NCBI GenBank assembly: GCA_951406725.2
Contig: OX597825.1
Span: forward strand, 88,164,001 to 88,228,000
Direction: 5' to 3'
DNA length: 64,000 nucleotides
Origin: Octopus vulgaris
Taxonomy: Eukaryota
The position numbers and the translations under genes are program-made. Shown piece by piece: positions 1 through 12,138 of the stretch (its first letter is position 1; each line of letters begins with the position of its first letter). The notes below the pieces were generated by a model. That model was not told the DNA's origin, ran no database searches, and was given only the letters and a program-made list of their open reading frames with translations.

Positions 1-470
1 TTAAGTTAAAAAGAAAATTGCTATCGCAGAATAATTGGGCGCGCATGTGTATGTGCGTGTATATGCATATATGTATGTATATATATATATGTGTGTGTAT
101 TATTAGTTGTGTAAAATACAGATGGTAGATTTTATTTCGTATTAAGTAATTAGATAACCATGCACTTATTCATGTAAATGGATTTTGTTGGTAAAGTGAT
201 CTCGAGAAAAGTGAAAGTAGATGGGAAAAGTCATAGGTGTAGAATAGAATGTATAATTTATAAAAGATGTGGAACACGAGTTATACATCCTATGCAGACG
301 AAGACCAGTATTATCAAAGTGGTGTAAGCCCCCCCCCCTCGCTTATATATACGCTTTAGGTATTAGGAGAAAATATAAAAATGATTAATTTGATTATGGA
401 TAACGTGAAGATCACACACATGCACGTGCACGCAAGCACAAGCAAAATATACATGTGTGTGTGTGTGTGT

Positions 471-551
471 GATAATTACTCAGTAGCCATGATAAAATTG
501 CGAGTTTCGGATGTCGGGGCGGAAACCCACGCCGGCATCTCTTCAGGAATC
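471..551 (-). ncRNA. Degenerate hammerhead-ribozyme-like motif
   Basis: Minus strand reads CUGAAGA-[GAUGCCGG...CCGACAUC hairpin]-C-GAAACUCG...UGAGUA. Core boxes, stem II and stem III (ACUCG/UGAGU) with a GUA site are present, but stem I pairs poorly. Abuts a (CA)n tract. Confidence 0.4.
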
Positions 552-887
552 GGACCATACAAAAAACTGCTATGAAATTGACCGTTAAAACAAAGGGAAA
601 TTACTGTGCGATTGACTGTTATTAAGTCAAAAGAGCTATTAGAATGACTGCTAAGTAAGGGGAGGGAGTAAAGGTAAGGGAGTAAAAATGTACATAGTAA
701 TCGCGGAAGCGCGTGTGTCCATGCATACACATGCGCGCCCCACACCCATGTACATGCGCCTATATCTATATACTCATCCACCTTCACAAAGTGTAAAAAC
801 TAAGCAATAAGAGTACAACTTTTGCTCTCATTGCTTATTTTTTACATGTTTGCCTTTAGCCGTGTTTTTTTTTCTTGAGCATGTGCG

Positions 888-968
888 TATATATATATAT
901 ATATATATATATATGCATGTATAAATGTGTATATATATGCAAATAATGTATGTATATGTATATATATG

Positions 969-1011
<43 letters not shown>

Positions 1012-1066
1012 TGTATAAATGACTTTTTCATTTCGTGGGAGTTATATATATATATATATATATATA
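888..1066. repeat. Interrupted (TA)n microsatellites
   Basis: Directly visible. Confidence 0.95.
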
Positions 1067-1723
1067 ACACCCACAGCCCTAACGGTATATCATTTTCGCC
1101 AAGGAAGGTGTGATCGTCGCACAATCTGATGCAGATTCTCTGCCTAACTTTCTCTATTATGGTCAATGCAACGATCACATGCTACACACCTTTCTTCCAA
1201 GCACTGATGTAAGCAGCAGAAGTAAGCTAGAACGTTACAACTTAGAGCATAACAGAGTTCAAGTTAACTCTATGCCAAGTGGCTTCACTCTCCATTCTTT
1301 AGCTTCGTTACTATAGCAACGTCCAACGTCTTGGTACTTATTGATCAGACCACGTATATCTTTTTGTATCTCGATATAACTGTTGGATGGTTGGCTAATT
1401 TTTTTCTAGATACATTTTAAATTTTTTGAAGGGAAGTGAGAAGAGAGTTCAATAGCGATACGCAGTTAATATGTGCAGCGTGGGAGCCCATAGGAAGCTT
1501 GGCGGAAGGCAAATAAGGAAAATGTGTCACACACAGCAACAAATAGAGTGACTGAGAAAGTTTCAAGGATGCAGAAGAGAAGGAGAGGAACAAATGATTG
1601 TAGATAGGGAAGAAATTATGCAAATGAGGAATTTGTTTTTAATTTGAGGTAATAAATAGTGTTTTTCTTTTTGATATTTCACATGGTGGCAAATGTATAC
1701 GTCAAACGTAACTTTTCGTATGC

Positions 1724-1850
1724 CAGGTAAAACTTACATGCTTCCGGGTTCAGTGCCACTTTGGAGAAATATCTTCAAAAGTAGATCCTGGTTCACCAAA
1801 GTCTTCAGAGTGGATTCGGTAGATGGATTCTAAGAAGAAGCCCGTTGTGT
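1724..1850 (+). mobile_element. Degenerate SINE family A fragment
   Basis: ccgggttcagt...gagtggattcggtagatgg...gaagcccg aligns by eye to the copies at 26813 and 55515. Confidence 0.65.
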
Positions 1851-3394
1851 TTTTATGTATGTATGCATGTATGTATGTGTGTATGCATGTATGTACGAAA
1901 GTGTGGATATATACATGTGCGTATATATGTGTATATATATATATATGTGCATCTATGTATGTGTGTATGTATATATGCATACATGATATTCTCTTTGTCT
2001 TTTCAATTTCAAGTAAATTTTGATCGGCCACCTACTTGGTAGCAAGCTGGTGAAGGTAACTATCTTGTTTTAACCGTCATCCTTCAAATCTTAAGATGGT
2101 CTTGTAGACTTTTATAGTTTTAGATATCGAGATCAATAGTAGTGTATGAATTAAGGATTTGCAAGCTTTCCACCACCAGCCTGTGAAATATGGCCGAGCC
2201 GCTAACGGCGAAGTTCTCATCACCGTTGGTAGCTCGCCTATCAGGTGATGCGCGTGAGGATGTTTTAGCCGTGGTGATGCTGCGAGCGAGATGGCTTGCC
2301 TCAGTAGATTCCGTTGAACTTTGTGATGGGCCGCTAATTGAGGCACTTGGTGCGGAATTGATGGGTTTTTTTTCTTATTTACTTGTTTTCCTTTTTTTTC
2401 AGAATTTATTCCTTTTTACTGACTTTATTACAAATTGTAACACTTATGCAACACTATGAGGTTGTCTCTCCTGAATTGTGTTTTAGTCTGTGCGTATTAA
2501 ATAAAATTCTTTTTTCCTATGTTATGATATAGATACCAAGGTCAGCCATTATTTGCTCCAGGCGGATTTTTTTCTATCTTGTTACTCCAATGATAATGAG
2601 TATGAAGCTGAAAGTGTAGGTTGGGTTCTGGATTTGCGAACTCCTTATAAATGGATCATAGACATTCCCTTTATGTTATGTGTGCATGCATGATTTTTGT
2701 TTGAGTTTCACTCCAGTTCTTGAGTTCAAGCGACAAGTGTTTAGGAATTCCCGGTATTTGTAAATATCTGATTGAGTTGGTGTGTTGTCTGAATTGTCCA
2801 CGCATATTCCCAAGTGTGGACATCTATTCCCACAAAAATTTCGGATGGAGAACATTTGGAATGTCTTACAAATGTCACTCTACCAGAAATGTCGCATTAA
2901 TTCGCTTAAACGTTCCCTTTTTTCCTGGAATTTTCATTGTACATTCTCATCCGCTGGGCAGCTGACCTCTACAACACTGCATAATCAGAGCTTTGCTTTG
3001 ATCCGGGTGTAGTTTATGTGAAGAGCGATTTGAGATATTCTAATAATATGTGTAGAAAAAGAGAAATAGCTACAACAGTATATGTATAGCAGAGGGTAAA
3101 AGTTTCAAATGTGGAAAGACTTTAATAATTGCTGTGTAACCATATTAACACCAGGATGAGATGAGAGAGAAAGGAAGTCTCTAGTATTGATATGACATAT
3201 TTGCCAAGGAGGTGAATAGTGTCACAATTAATGACTGGGAAATGCTTGCAGCCAGTTATCATTTAGGCAGCATTTAAAGCCGGAGATTTGGCACAAATTC
3301 CACGTGAGCACAAATTCTATGTACATATTAAGCATCCTCTGATAGTGTACATGCATACACACGTGTGTTTGTGTGTGTGTGTGACTTGCTTATC

Positions 3395-3490
3395 TGCTAA
3401 GTTACGTGGATATAAACACGCCAACTCCAGCTGTCAAGCGGTAGCGGTGGGAGAAACAGACACACAAAACACACACGTATTCATATGACC
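3395..3490 (-). mobile_element. SINE family A 3' part, reverse orientation
   Basis: Reverse complement resembles cgcttgacaaccgatgctggtgtgtttacgtccccgtaacttagc of the other copies. Confidence 0.55.
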
Positions 3491-4289
3491 TTAATCAGGT
3501 GGGTAATTACAATTTGACAGACATCTAGAAACAATGGATGAATACTAAATTTGATAGATTTTATGGTACAATGCCATAAATGACAATTTGTTTCGCATGC
3601 TTGTAGAATTTCATTTCTCAGTGCTTAAAACTCACAAGAAAATTAGTTAAAATCGGAAGACAATACAAATTCCATCTTAAACGGGCAGCAACTACCAAAC
3701 CGGAACGCTAACTCTGTATTAGCAACGTCCAGAATTAGCTGTTTTGTTACGATCTGTTACAACTCTATGCATAATTAACATTTAAACATTATAGAACACA
3801 ATGTTTCGTATGCATTGTCGAAAATTAATAAATTTATGTCAACAATATATCACTTTATTCCGACGTTACTAAAACAATTTATGATATCAGTAACATATAT
3901 TTTATGACAATTTTTCATAATTTACAACATATATCATCATATTTCATAGCTTTGTGTTCAAGTTGCTCAACGCAAAATATCAGACTTTCAAATTGTACCA
4001 TCCGTGTCACACCAACGTAAATTTTCTTTATAAGTTAAACAAAAGGATCTGCAGAGGGGTATTCGATACAATTATCCTTCATGTATTCCAGGCTACATTC
4101 CGTCCTTACATCAAGCCATAATAGCCAGGTCCTAAATAAACAAAGCAAAGAAATATATTGGAATGGAACATTTTACCCCTCATATCCTCCTATAATTCTG
4201 TAACAATTTGGCTCAACAGCTTCGTCTTTTAAAACATAAAGACACTAAAACATGGAAACGATGATGATGCAAGTCCTTTAGGTACATAG

Positions 4290-4590
4290 CAACGATACCA
4301 AGCTGGAGACAACCGAAATCAATTATAAGATTATTAAAACCGATCCTCAGAGAATAACAACAGGAGGAACAGTTAAAAAAGAAAATGCAGGGCAATATCA
4401 AGTTTGCTTTATGTGTAAATTTGTGAGAATAATTTCAGGGTCGTTTTAAAATTGGGAACTCTTCAAAATAAAATGTAACTAAATCTGTGCACCCGAAAAC
4501 CTAATCTATATAATTACAAGCTCTGAATGTGAGGAGTAGTACAAAGGGCAAAATAGGGATGTCCTTAACAATTAAACGACGAGAGAGGGT
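4290..4590 (+). pseudogene. Penelope-like element GIY-YIG endonuclease relic
   Basis: Manual translation gives RQPKSIIRLL (~4307) and CAPENLIYIITSSECEE*YKGQIGMSL (from 4486), matching the PLE NxIY...YIGQT signature. Stops and frameshifts present. Confidence 0.6.
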
Positions 4591-4701
4591 TGCATGACAT
4601 TGTGTTAATGGTATGAGTTTAAATTCCGCCGAAGTTCATGTAATTGACTTAAGCGATTCCACCGAAATTGTGCGTTTTGTGACAAAAATTGGAAAGCAAC
4701 A

Positions 4702-4705
<4 letters not shown>

Positions 4706-4748
<43 letters not shown>

Positions 4749-4785
4749 GTGTGTCAAAATTACTGAAACAAATAAAGGAATAAAA

Positions 4786-4855
<70 letters not shown>
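4706..4855. repeat. Two (TA)n microsatellites
   Basis: Directly visible. Confidence 0.95.
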
Positions 4856-4859
<4 letters not shown>

Positions 4860-7045
4860 TAAGCATTATTGTAATATGTGCGTGTGTATCTTGCATGTGT
4901 GCTTGGCATTTATATAGGTGTTTATGTAATAACAGTGTGTGTGTATGTGTGTGTGTGTGTGTCTACAGAGTTTGCATTTATCGGAGTGTGTATCTCCGTA
5001 CTCGCGCTTGTGTGCTTGTATCAATTGTAATTAACGAAATTCATGAATAATCTTTCCATTTTAAATTGGAATTCTATCTCCTAATGATTTCATCAAATCC
5101 AACCACAAAGGTACATGCTGGTACACAGTCACTCTCTAAGTAGTTAAAATATATTTTCGTACATATTCATTTTATGGATCAATTGCATTTTTAAATGATT
5201 TCCACCCTGCCCACCACCGATAAAAGCCGATTCTACGTAAACAGTCATTAACAGCATTTTGATTTTCATAAATGGAATATTATTTCAACATTTTACATTC
5301 TTTCATATGAAATCCTTTTATCTTTTCCATGCAATTAAAGTTTGTGTAGTCGCACAAACAAAATATTTAAAAATGTGTTTTCGAATTATCTCATCAAATG
5401 GTTTCTGTATGAATACATTTCAAGATATGAAAGTTGAAACCCGTTTCGGATATGTCCATTCCACTTGCCACTAAATATATCGTGCACAAACAGATAATGG
5501 GAAATGCTAAGGTTTAATCTTCGATGTCTGGGTTCTGATTATAGGTTTATATTTAACTCTTTAGAAACAAAATTCGATTTATAATATTTACTTACAGTCA
5601 GCTATTTGAGATTGCATGAGTATGAATTGGACAAGATCTATCTGATTATTTCTGCTTTACCGATTAGCTTTTCCCATTATTGAGAAATTGTTTTGTTGTG
5701 TTATTACCAAGCTATGACACAGAGCAAAACAGTAGTCTTTTTATGATCCATCAAATCAGGAATTGAAATTCAAGATTATCGGTGTGGAAGTTGATAGTAA
5801 CCATATTTGTATAAATTTTGAATTATATAAATGAGGAAATAAACATTAAATTCAGTTTAAGCGAGAATAATATAACATTGTATATTGTGAAACGTGCTAA
5901 ATGGCAAAGTGAAAATAAGCGAGCATAAGATTGGAGTTGAACGTGTTATACACTTCAGTCAAAAAACTAGCCTCATTTCACAAGATGCTCGAGTAAGGGA
6001 AGTTTTAGGTTTAACGTTAGTTGTTAAGGCATTTGTTGCTTTGTATCCATAGCCATGAAATATAGTTTTTGAAATACATCTATGTTTTGTGAATTGTGTA
6101 TTAATACCGATTGCAGGATGCCCATAATACATAATCAGCCTCAGATATGGGTCACATAATTTTGCTGTCGTTTGTTTTTGTTGGCCCAATCTATATTTGA
6201 TCTTTCCTTTTTCACTTCCCGTGAAGATCTGTATACTTGAAATTAATTTCTGTCTAGTGTCATTGTAATGGAGTTAGTAAACTTTAACGATTAATTTTGT
6301 CTGCTGGTATGAATTCGATTTGTCAGATGTCTACGACCTTAATACAATGTTGTTTGCGGCAGTATTTTTAGTGACTGTTTGAAGGTAACTGCGTATAATT
6401 TTTAGATGTTTGGAAACAGCATGGAGTTATAAATTCGAAAAAGTTATTTGCGAATTCCTGATATTTCATTGTATTCTACACAGATGACTTGAGTTGATAA
6501 GTTACTATATCAGTTACATACAGAGTATATTCTTTGGAATTAGCACGCTAAAAGCAATATTGGCTATTTCCGAAGCAAAACTTATAAATGCTACACTTTC
6601 TAAATACATTGACAGTTATGTAAAGTAAGGTGAACGAGCATTTGAATAAAACGGATGAAATGTCAGTTTTGGGGTCTCACTGATTATTTATTATTCCTGG
6701 AAAATGTGAATAGAATTTTACCAAATTGATATTATGTCAGATTCGATCGATTCTACTGATTTTACTGTGCGCTTGGTAGAGAATAATGCCTGGTCTGGGA
6801 ATTTTTATCATGCTGATATTAGATAATTTACGTTATTTTATATAAGCACGGAAATATATAGGGCTGTAATAATGTGTAACGGTCTCTCTCATTCTCTCTC
6901 TCTCTCTCTCTCTCCCTTTACGTCTCTCTATATATTCATATATCAAGATAATATCTCTCTATCTTTATCCTATTCTTTTTTTCTATGTGTCCTCTCTCTT
7001 CACACATGCTCATTTCTGTAAAATATATATCTACTTACGTGCCTC

Positions 7046-7058
7046 TACCTATCTATCC

Positions 7059-7152
<94 letters not shown>
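7046..7152. repeat. (TCTA)n tetranucleotide microsatellite
   Basis: Directly visible. Confidence 0.95.
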
Positions 7153-7315
7153 TCTGTCTGTCTCTCCCTCCCCCTCTCTCTATATATATTTATATATATG
7201 TTTATAAAGTAACGAACTGAGGAAAAGAAATCCTTCAAAGGGGTGTGTTAAACATCCAATTCACTGGCTCGTCAGTTGTACACCATATAAATATTGGTAT
7301 AATTCACTTACAAAG

Positions 7316-7865
7316 ATAAATTAAACATAGAGATATTCCAGTGAGAATCCAATAATTTATTTATATTGCAATATTACATTGAATACTATGAATATAACAT
7401 AACATAATGTTATATGACATAAATGATTATAAAAACCATAAAAGGCCAATTAATCTTTTTGATTTATATATATTTTTTTCTGATATACATATTCACAGTT
7501 CCATACTATATAACGTCACTTCAGGTCATGGTTTAGGAAAAGACGAAATTCCGTGTAAAGGGACGGCTGGACTGTAAAAATGAATTCGTAGACATTCCAA
7601 TTAAGTTTTACAATCCAGCTGTCCTTTCTCACGGAATTTCGTCTTTTTCTAAACCATGACCTCAAGTGACTTTATAGATAATGGAACTGTGATTATGTAT
7701 ATCAGAAAATATATATACATATATTAGTCGAAACAATTAATTGGCTTTTCATCGTTTTTATAATTATTTATGCTATATTATATTATATTTCTTTGTATCC
7801 AGTGTAATATTGTAATATAAATAAATCATTGGAATGTCAATAGAAAATCTCTATATTCAATTTAT
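7316..7865. mobile_element. ~550-bp imperfect palindrome (foldback/MITE-like element)
   Basis: Arms of ~260 bp, e.g. ggtcatggtttaggaaaagacgaaattccgtg vs cacggaatttcgtctttttctaaaccatgacc. Centre ~7580-7605. Confidence 0.85.
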
Positions 7866-7903
7866 ATTATATATATATATATATGTATTTATTATATAGA
7901 AGG

Positions 7904-7954
7904 AGCTTCTACAGGACTAGTACTGTTTCATTCAAGAGAAATCTTCAGGAAGCT
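7904..7954 (-). ncRNA. Type I hammerhead ribozyme (PLE/retrozyme-type)
   Basis: 5'-AGCUUC CUGAAGA UUUCUCUUGAAU GAAACAG UACUAGUC CUGUA|GAAGCU-3'. It has a 6-bp stem I, an intact CUGANGA/GAAA core, a short stem II, stem III ACAG/CUGU and a GUA cleavage triplet. Confidence 0.75.
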
Positions 7955-8269
7955 ATTTAACAAGAATTGTATTAGCATTTATACATTTAGGCAGGTTTAA
8001 AGGAGTGGTGGTGGGGGACTTTTTGGGGGTAGGCATAGCGCAAAATATCATACTTGGGGGAGTGGTCAAGGAGTCAGTGGTAAGTTAGATGAAAGAATAG
8101 ATAAATAAAAAAATAAAAAAATAAAAAATAAAAAAATAAAATAAAAAAATAAAAAAATAAAAAATATAAAAAATATATATAAAAAAATATATATATAAAA
8201 TATATATATAAAAATATATATATAAAAAAAGGGGGATAGAGTTATAGGTAAATAAGGAGATTCTCACTT

Positions 8270-8329
8270 ATACATATACACACATGTATACGTATCTACA
8301 CACACATACATACATACACATATATATAT

Positions 8330-8374
<45 letters not shown>

Positions 8375-8833
8375 CCTACACATACACACATACATACATA
8401 CAAATATACATATACATATATATATATATACAATCCAATACAGGCCCATTCCCTAATTTTAATTTTATTATCTTCATTTATTACTTTTGTTATCTTTGAT
8501 CGCTAGGGCTAAGAATCCTGGCAATGGCTGCATGTCCATTTGTCTGTCTACTAGAAGGCAAGTACTCATTCCCGCACGCACACTCATTAGCACGTACATT
8601 CACCCATTCGTACACTCATACACATACACGTACGCACGCGTTATAATCATACATACAATCATCTACATACGTTCACGTATATACACATACGTACTCGTAC
8701 CTACAGATTCGTGTCTACACTTTAGGAGGCTAGTCTATACATATACACCAATAAATATACATATATATATATATACCCGCATGTACACACACACACACAC
8801 ATATATACTCCTACATACAGATACATACCTATA

Positions 8834-8875
<42 letters not shown>

Positions 8876-9369
8876 CATACACATACACACATACATATAC
8901 ACACACATACATACACATATATATACATACACAAACATATATACACACATATATATATACATACACACATACACACATACATACGTATACATACATACAT
9001 ACATCCATACATCCATACTTACATGCATTTATACGCATACACACACCCATCTATATATATGTATATATATATATATATATATATACACACTCACACATAC
9101 ATATGCAAATCTACGCACACACATACATACATACACGTATACGCATACACGCACATACACATATACATGCGTACCCATACACGTGCACACACGCACGCGC
9201 ATCCATATATATACACACACACACACATATATATACACGTGTGCAAGCATACATACATACTCATACGCGCACACATACTTACAAATACATATATGCACAC
9301 ACTTACACACATATATATACATACACATATACATGCATACATACATATATGCATGCATACACACACGCA

Positions 9370-9415
<46 letters not shown>

Positions 9416-9476
9416 TATACATATATAGATATATATACACATACATACACATACACATACATACACACATATACAC

Positions 9477-9513
<37 letters not shown>

Positions 9514-9718
9514 TACATATATACACATATACATACATATACATACACACACACATACATATATACATATACACTGATACACATACCCATACATACACAT
9601 GCATATACTTATATCACTACATACTCACATATATAAACATATATACATATACACACATACATATATACATGTACATACACATACGTATGCATATATACAT
9701 ATATACATATATATACAC

Positions 9719-9757
<39 letters not shown>

Positions 9758-10015
9758 TACATATACACATATACATGTATACATACGCAAAAATGATACA
9801 CATATATACACATACACACACACAGACAGATGCATATACATACATATATATATATAAACTACATATCTATATAAATACATACATAATACACATATACACA
9901 CACATATATATACATTCATGCATATACATATACAAGTATACATACACATACATACACACACACGCGCACACATACATATACACACACACATATACAAATA
10001 CATACATACACACAT

Positions 10016-10056
<41 letters not shown>

Positions 10057-10419
10057 CATGTACACATATACATATGTATATATATATCAACAAGGGAGGG
10101 TAAAGTTAATTAGTTATTAATCAATTTCATCAAGTGTTCAGTATGTAAAGGGACCATTATTATTTTGAGTAAACAATGTTAGAGGGAAAAAAATTCTCTA
10201 AGTAGTGGAAGAGGCTAAAAAACTTTATTGGCTGCTATTTCTAGAAAGTTTAGTATGTGGCAAAGTAATTTATTTTATTTTCCTAAGCCTAATTATATAA
10301 TATTTTATACATACATACACATACATAAGCACATACATTTACACATACATATGCATATACATATATACACATATACATACAAACACATATACACATATAC
10401 ACACACACACACATACAAG

Positions 10420-10457
<38 letters not shown>

Positions 10458-10610
10458 TATATATGCAAATATATATACATATATATTTTTTTACATGCAT
10501 ACATACACACACACACACATAATACATGCGTATATTCCTACTGTACCCATGCATTTCTATACATATATACATACATACATACGATACACATATACAAGCG
10601 TGCACATATA
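8270..10610. repeat. ~2.3-kb compound (CA)/(TA)/(TACA) microsatellite field with unique islands (8430-8570, 10090-10290)
   Basis: Directly visible; source of the HIY/MCV ORFs in the track. Confidence 0.95.
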
Positions 10611-10641
10611 ATATGTGAAAGGTCTTAGGAGAAAAGGTAAT

Positions 10642-10704
10642 CGGGGGTGCTAGGGGAACAGTGGGGTTGGGGGGGTTTGTGGGGGGGGGGGTTGTAGGGG
10701 GGGT
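10642..10704 (+). other. G-quadruplex-forming G-run cluster
   Basis: Six runs of 4 or more G with short spacers. Confidence 0.6.
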
Positions 10705-10747
10705 GTCATCAATCAGGTTGCCATATATATATATATGTATATCTATC

Positions 10748-11080
10748 CTAGGCGCAGGAGTGGATGTGTGGTAACTTGCTTCCCAACCGCACAGTTCCAG
10801 GTTCAGTGACTTGTGAGTGGATTTCGTAGACGGAAACTGAAAGAAGCCCGTCGTATACATAATATATGTATGTATATGTTTGTGTATCTGTGTTTGTCAC
10901 CCCAACATCGCTTGACAACCGATGCTGGTGTGTTTACGTCCCCGTAACTTATCGGTTCGGCAAAAGTGGTGAATAGAAAAAAGTACTAGGCTTACGAAGA
11001 ATAAGTCCTGGGCTCGACTGAAGACGGTGCTCCAGCATGGCCACAGTCAAATGACTGAAACAAATAAAAGTAAAAAAGAA
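10748..11080 (+). mobile_element. SINE family A (tRNA-like head), with internal deletion after ggttcagt
   Basis: Shared blocks gtggatttcgtagacggaaactgaaagaagcccg and ggtgctccagcatggccacagtcaaatgactgaaac. Confidence 0.85.
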
Positions 11081-11170
11081 TATATATATATATATATATA
11101 TATATCGGTAAAATCAAGGCCAAGGCCTAAGCCACACGATCTGTAATGAATATTCTGCTTTCCTAATATT

Positions 11171-11568
11171 CTTTTCTACTGGAGGCACAAGGCCCGACAT
11201 ATGGGGGTGGGTGGCTATCGAATAGATTGACTCCAGTACACAACTGGACTTAATTTATCGACACCAAAATGATGAAAGGCAAGGAGGTCAACCTCAACGG
11301 AATTTGAACTCAGAACATAACTGCAGTCGAAATACCTATTTCTTTACTACCCACAAGAGGCTAAACAAGGAGGGGACAAACAAGGACAGACAAACGGATT
11401 AAGTCGATTACATCGAACTCAGTGCGTAACTGGTTCTTAATTTATCGACCCCGAAAGGATGAAAGGCAAAGTCTACCTCGGCAGAATTTGAACTCAGAAC
11501 GTAGCGGCAGACGAAATACCGCTAAGCATTTCGCCCGGCGTGCTATCGTTTCTGCCAGCTCGCCGCCT
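11171..11568 (-). mobile_element. SINE family B, composite/dimeric copy with 20-bp TSD
   Basis: Minus-strand head aggcggcgagctggcagaaacg...gagttcaaattc (B-box-like). The central gcctttcatc...gtcgataaattaag block occurs twice. Flanked by tattctgctttcc(t/c)aatatt at 11151-11170 and 11569-11588. Confidence 0.85.
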
Positions 11569-12138
11569 TATTCTGCTTTCCCAATATTGCCATCCCTTAA
11601 ATCGATTACCTCGAGTCCCGTAAAAGGATCAGTGTTCCACCTCAATAAATGCAATAATGGAAGTACTCTTCTTAACCCCTAATTCATATTCATTCTGGCT
11701 GTATTGCATCGTTAAACTAATGTGCCTTTATATTAGTGTAGTCTACGTTTAGTCATACGTACTTTCTACTCCATGACCCAATGATACAAAATATTGCATC
11801 ATATTTATATATTGTAGAACTAATAGATTATCGTCATCATCATTGTTTCCATCTTCTACTGCTACTTCCCCTTCTTCATCTTCTCTCCCCCTCCTCCTGC
11901 TACTACTCCTAGTGGCCAAAGCCAAACATTCCATTCTACCTCGCCTGTGACCCATCCCAACCACTCTTACTTTCTCCATATCCCACCACCATAGCTCCAC
12001 TAACAACTCAAGTACCATTGCTACTACTACTACTATCTCAGCCAGTGTACAAAATCAACCACTGCTCCTTCCCCCTCTCCATTCAAGTCAAACAATTCTA
12101 AATCTCAAGCTATTCACAATCCACCGCCCACATAAACG

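Noticed and set aside
2450-3050. Possible minus-strand Penelope endonuclease relic (similar hints at 5950-6300, 16850-17200, 34050-34450)
   Set aside because: Only scattered residue-level resemblance; needs BLASTX
8487-10113. Long His/Ile/Tyr/Thr and Met/Cys/Val-rich ORFs (up to 313 aa); similar ORFs at 19.4, 54.3, 57.1 and 60.1 kb
   Set aside because: Translations of stop-poor dinucleotide and tetranucleotide microsatellites, not proteins
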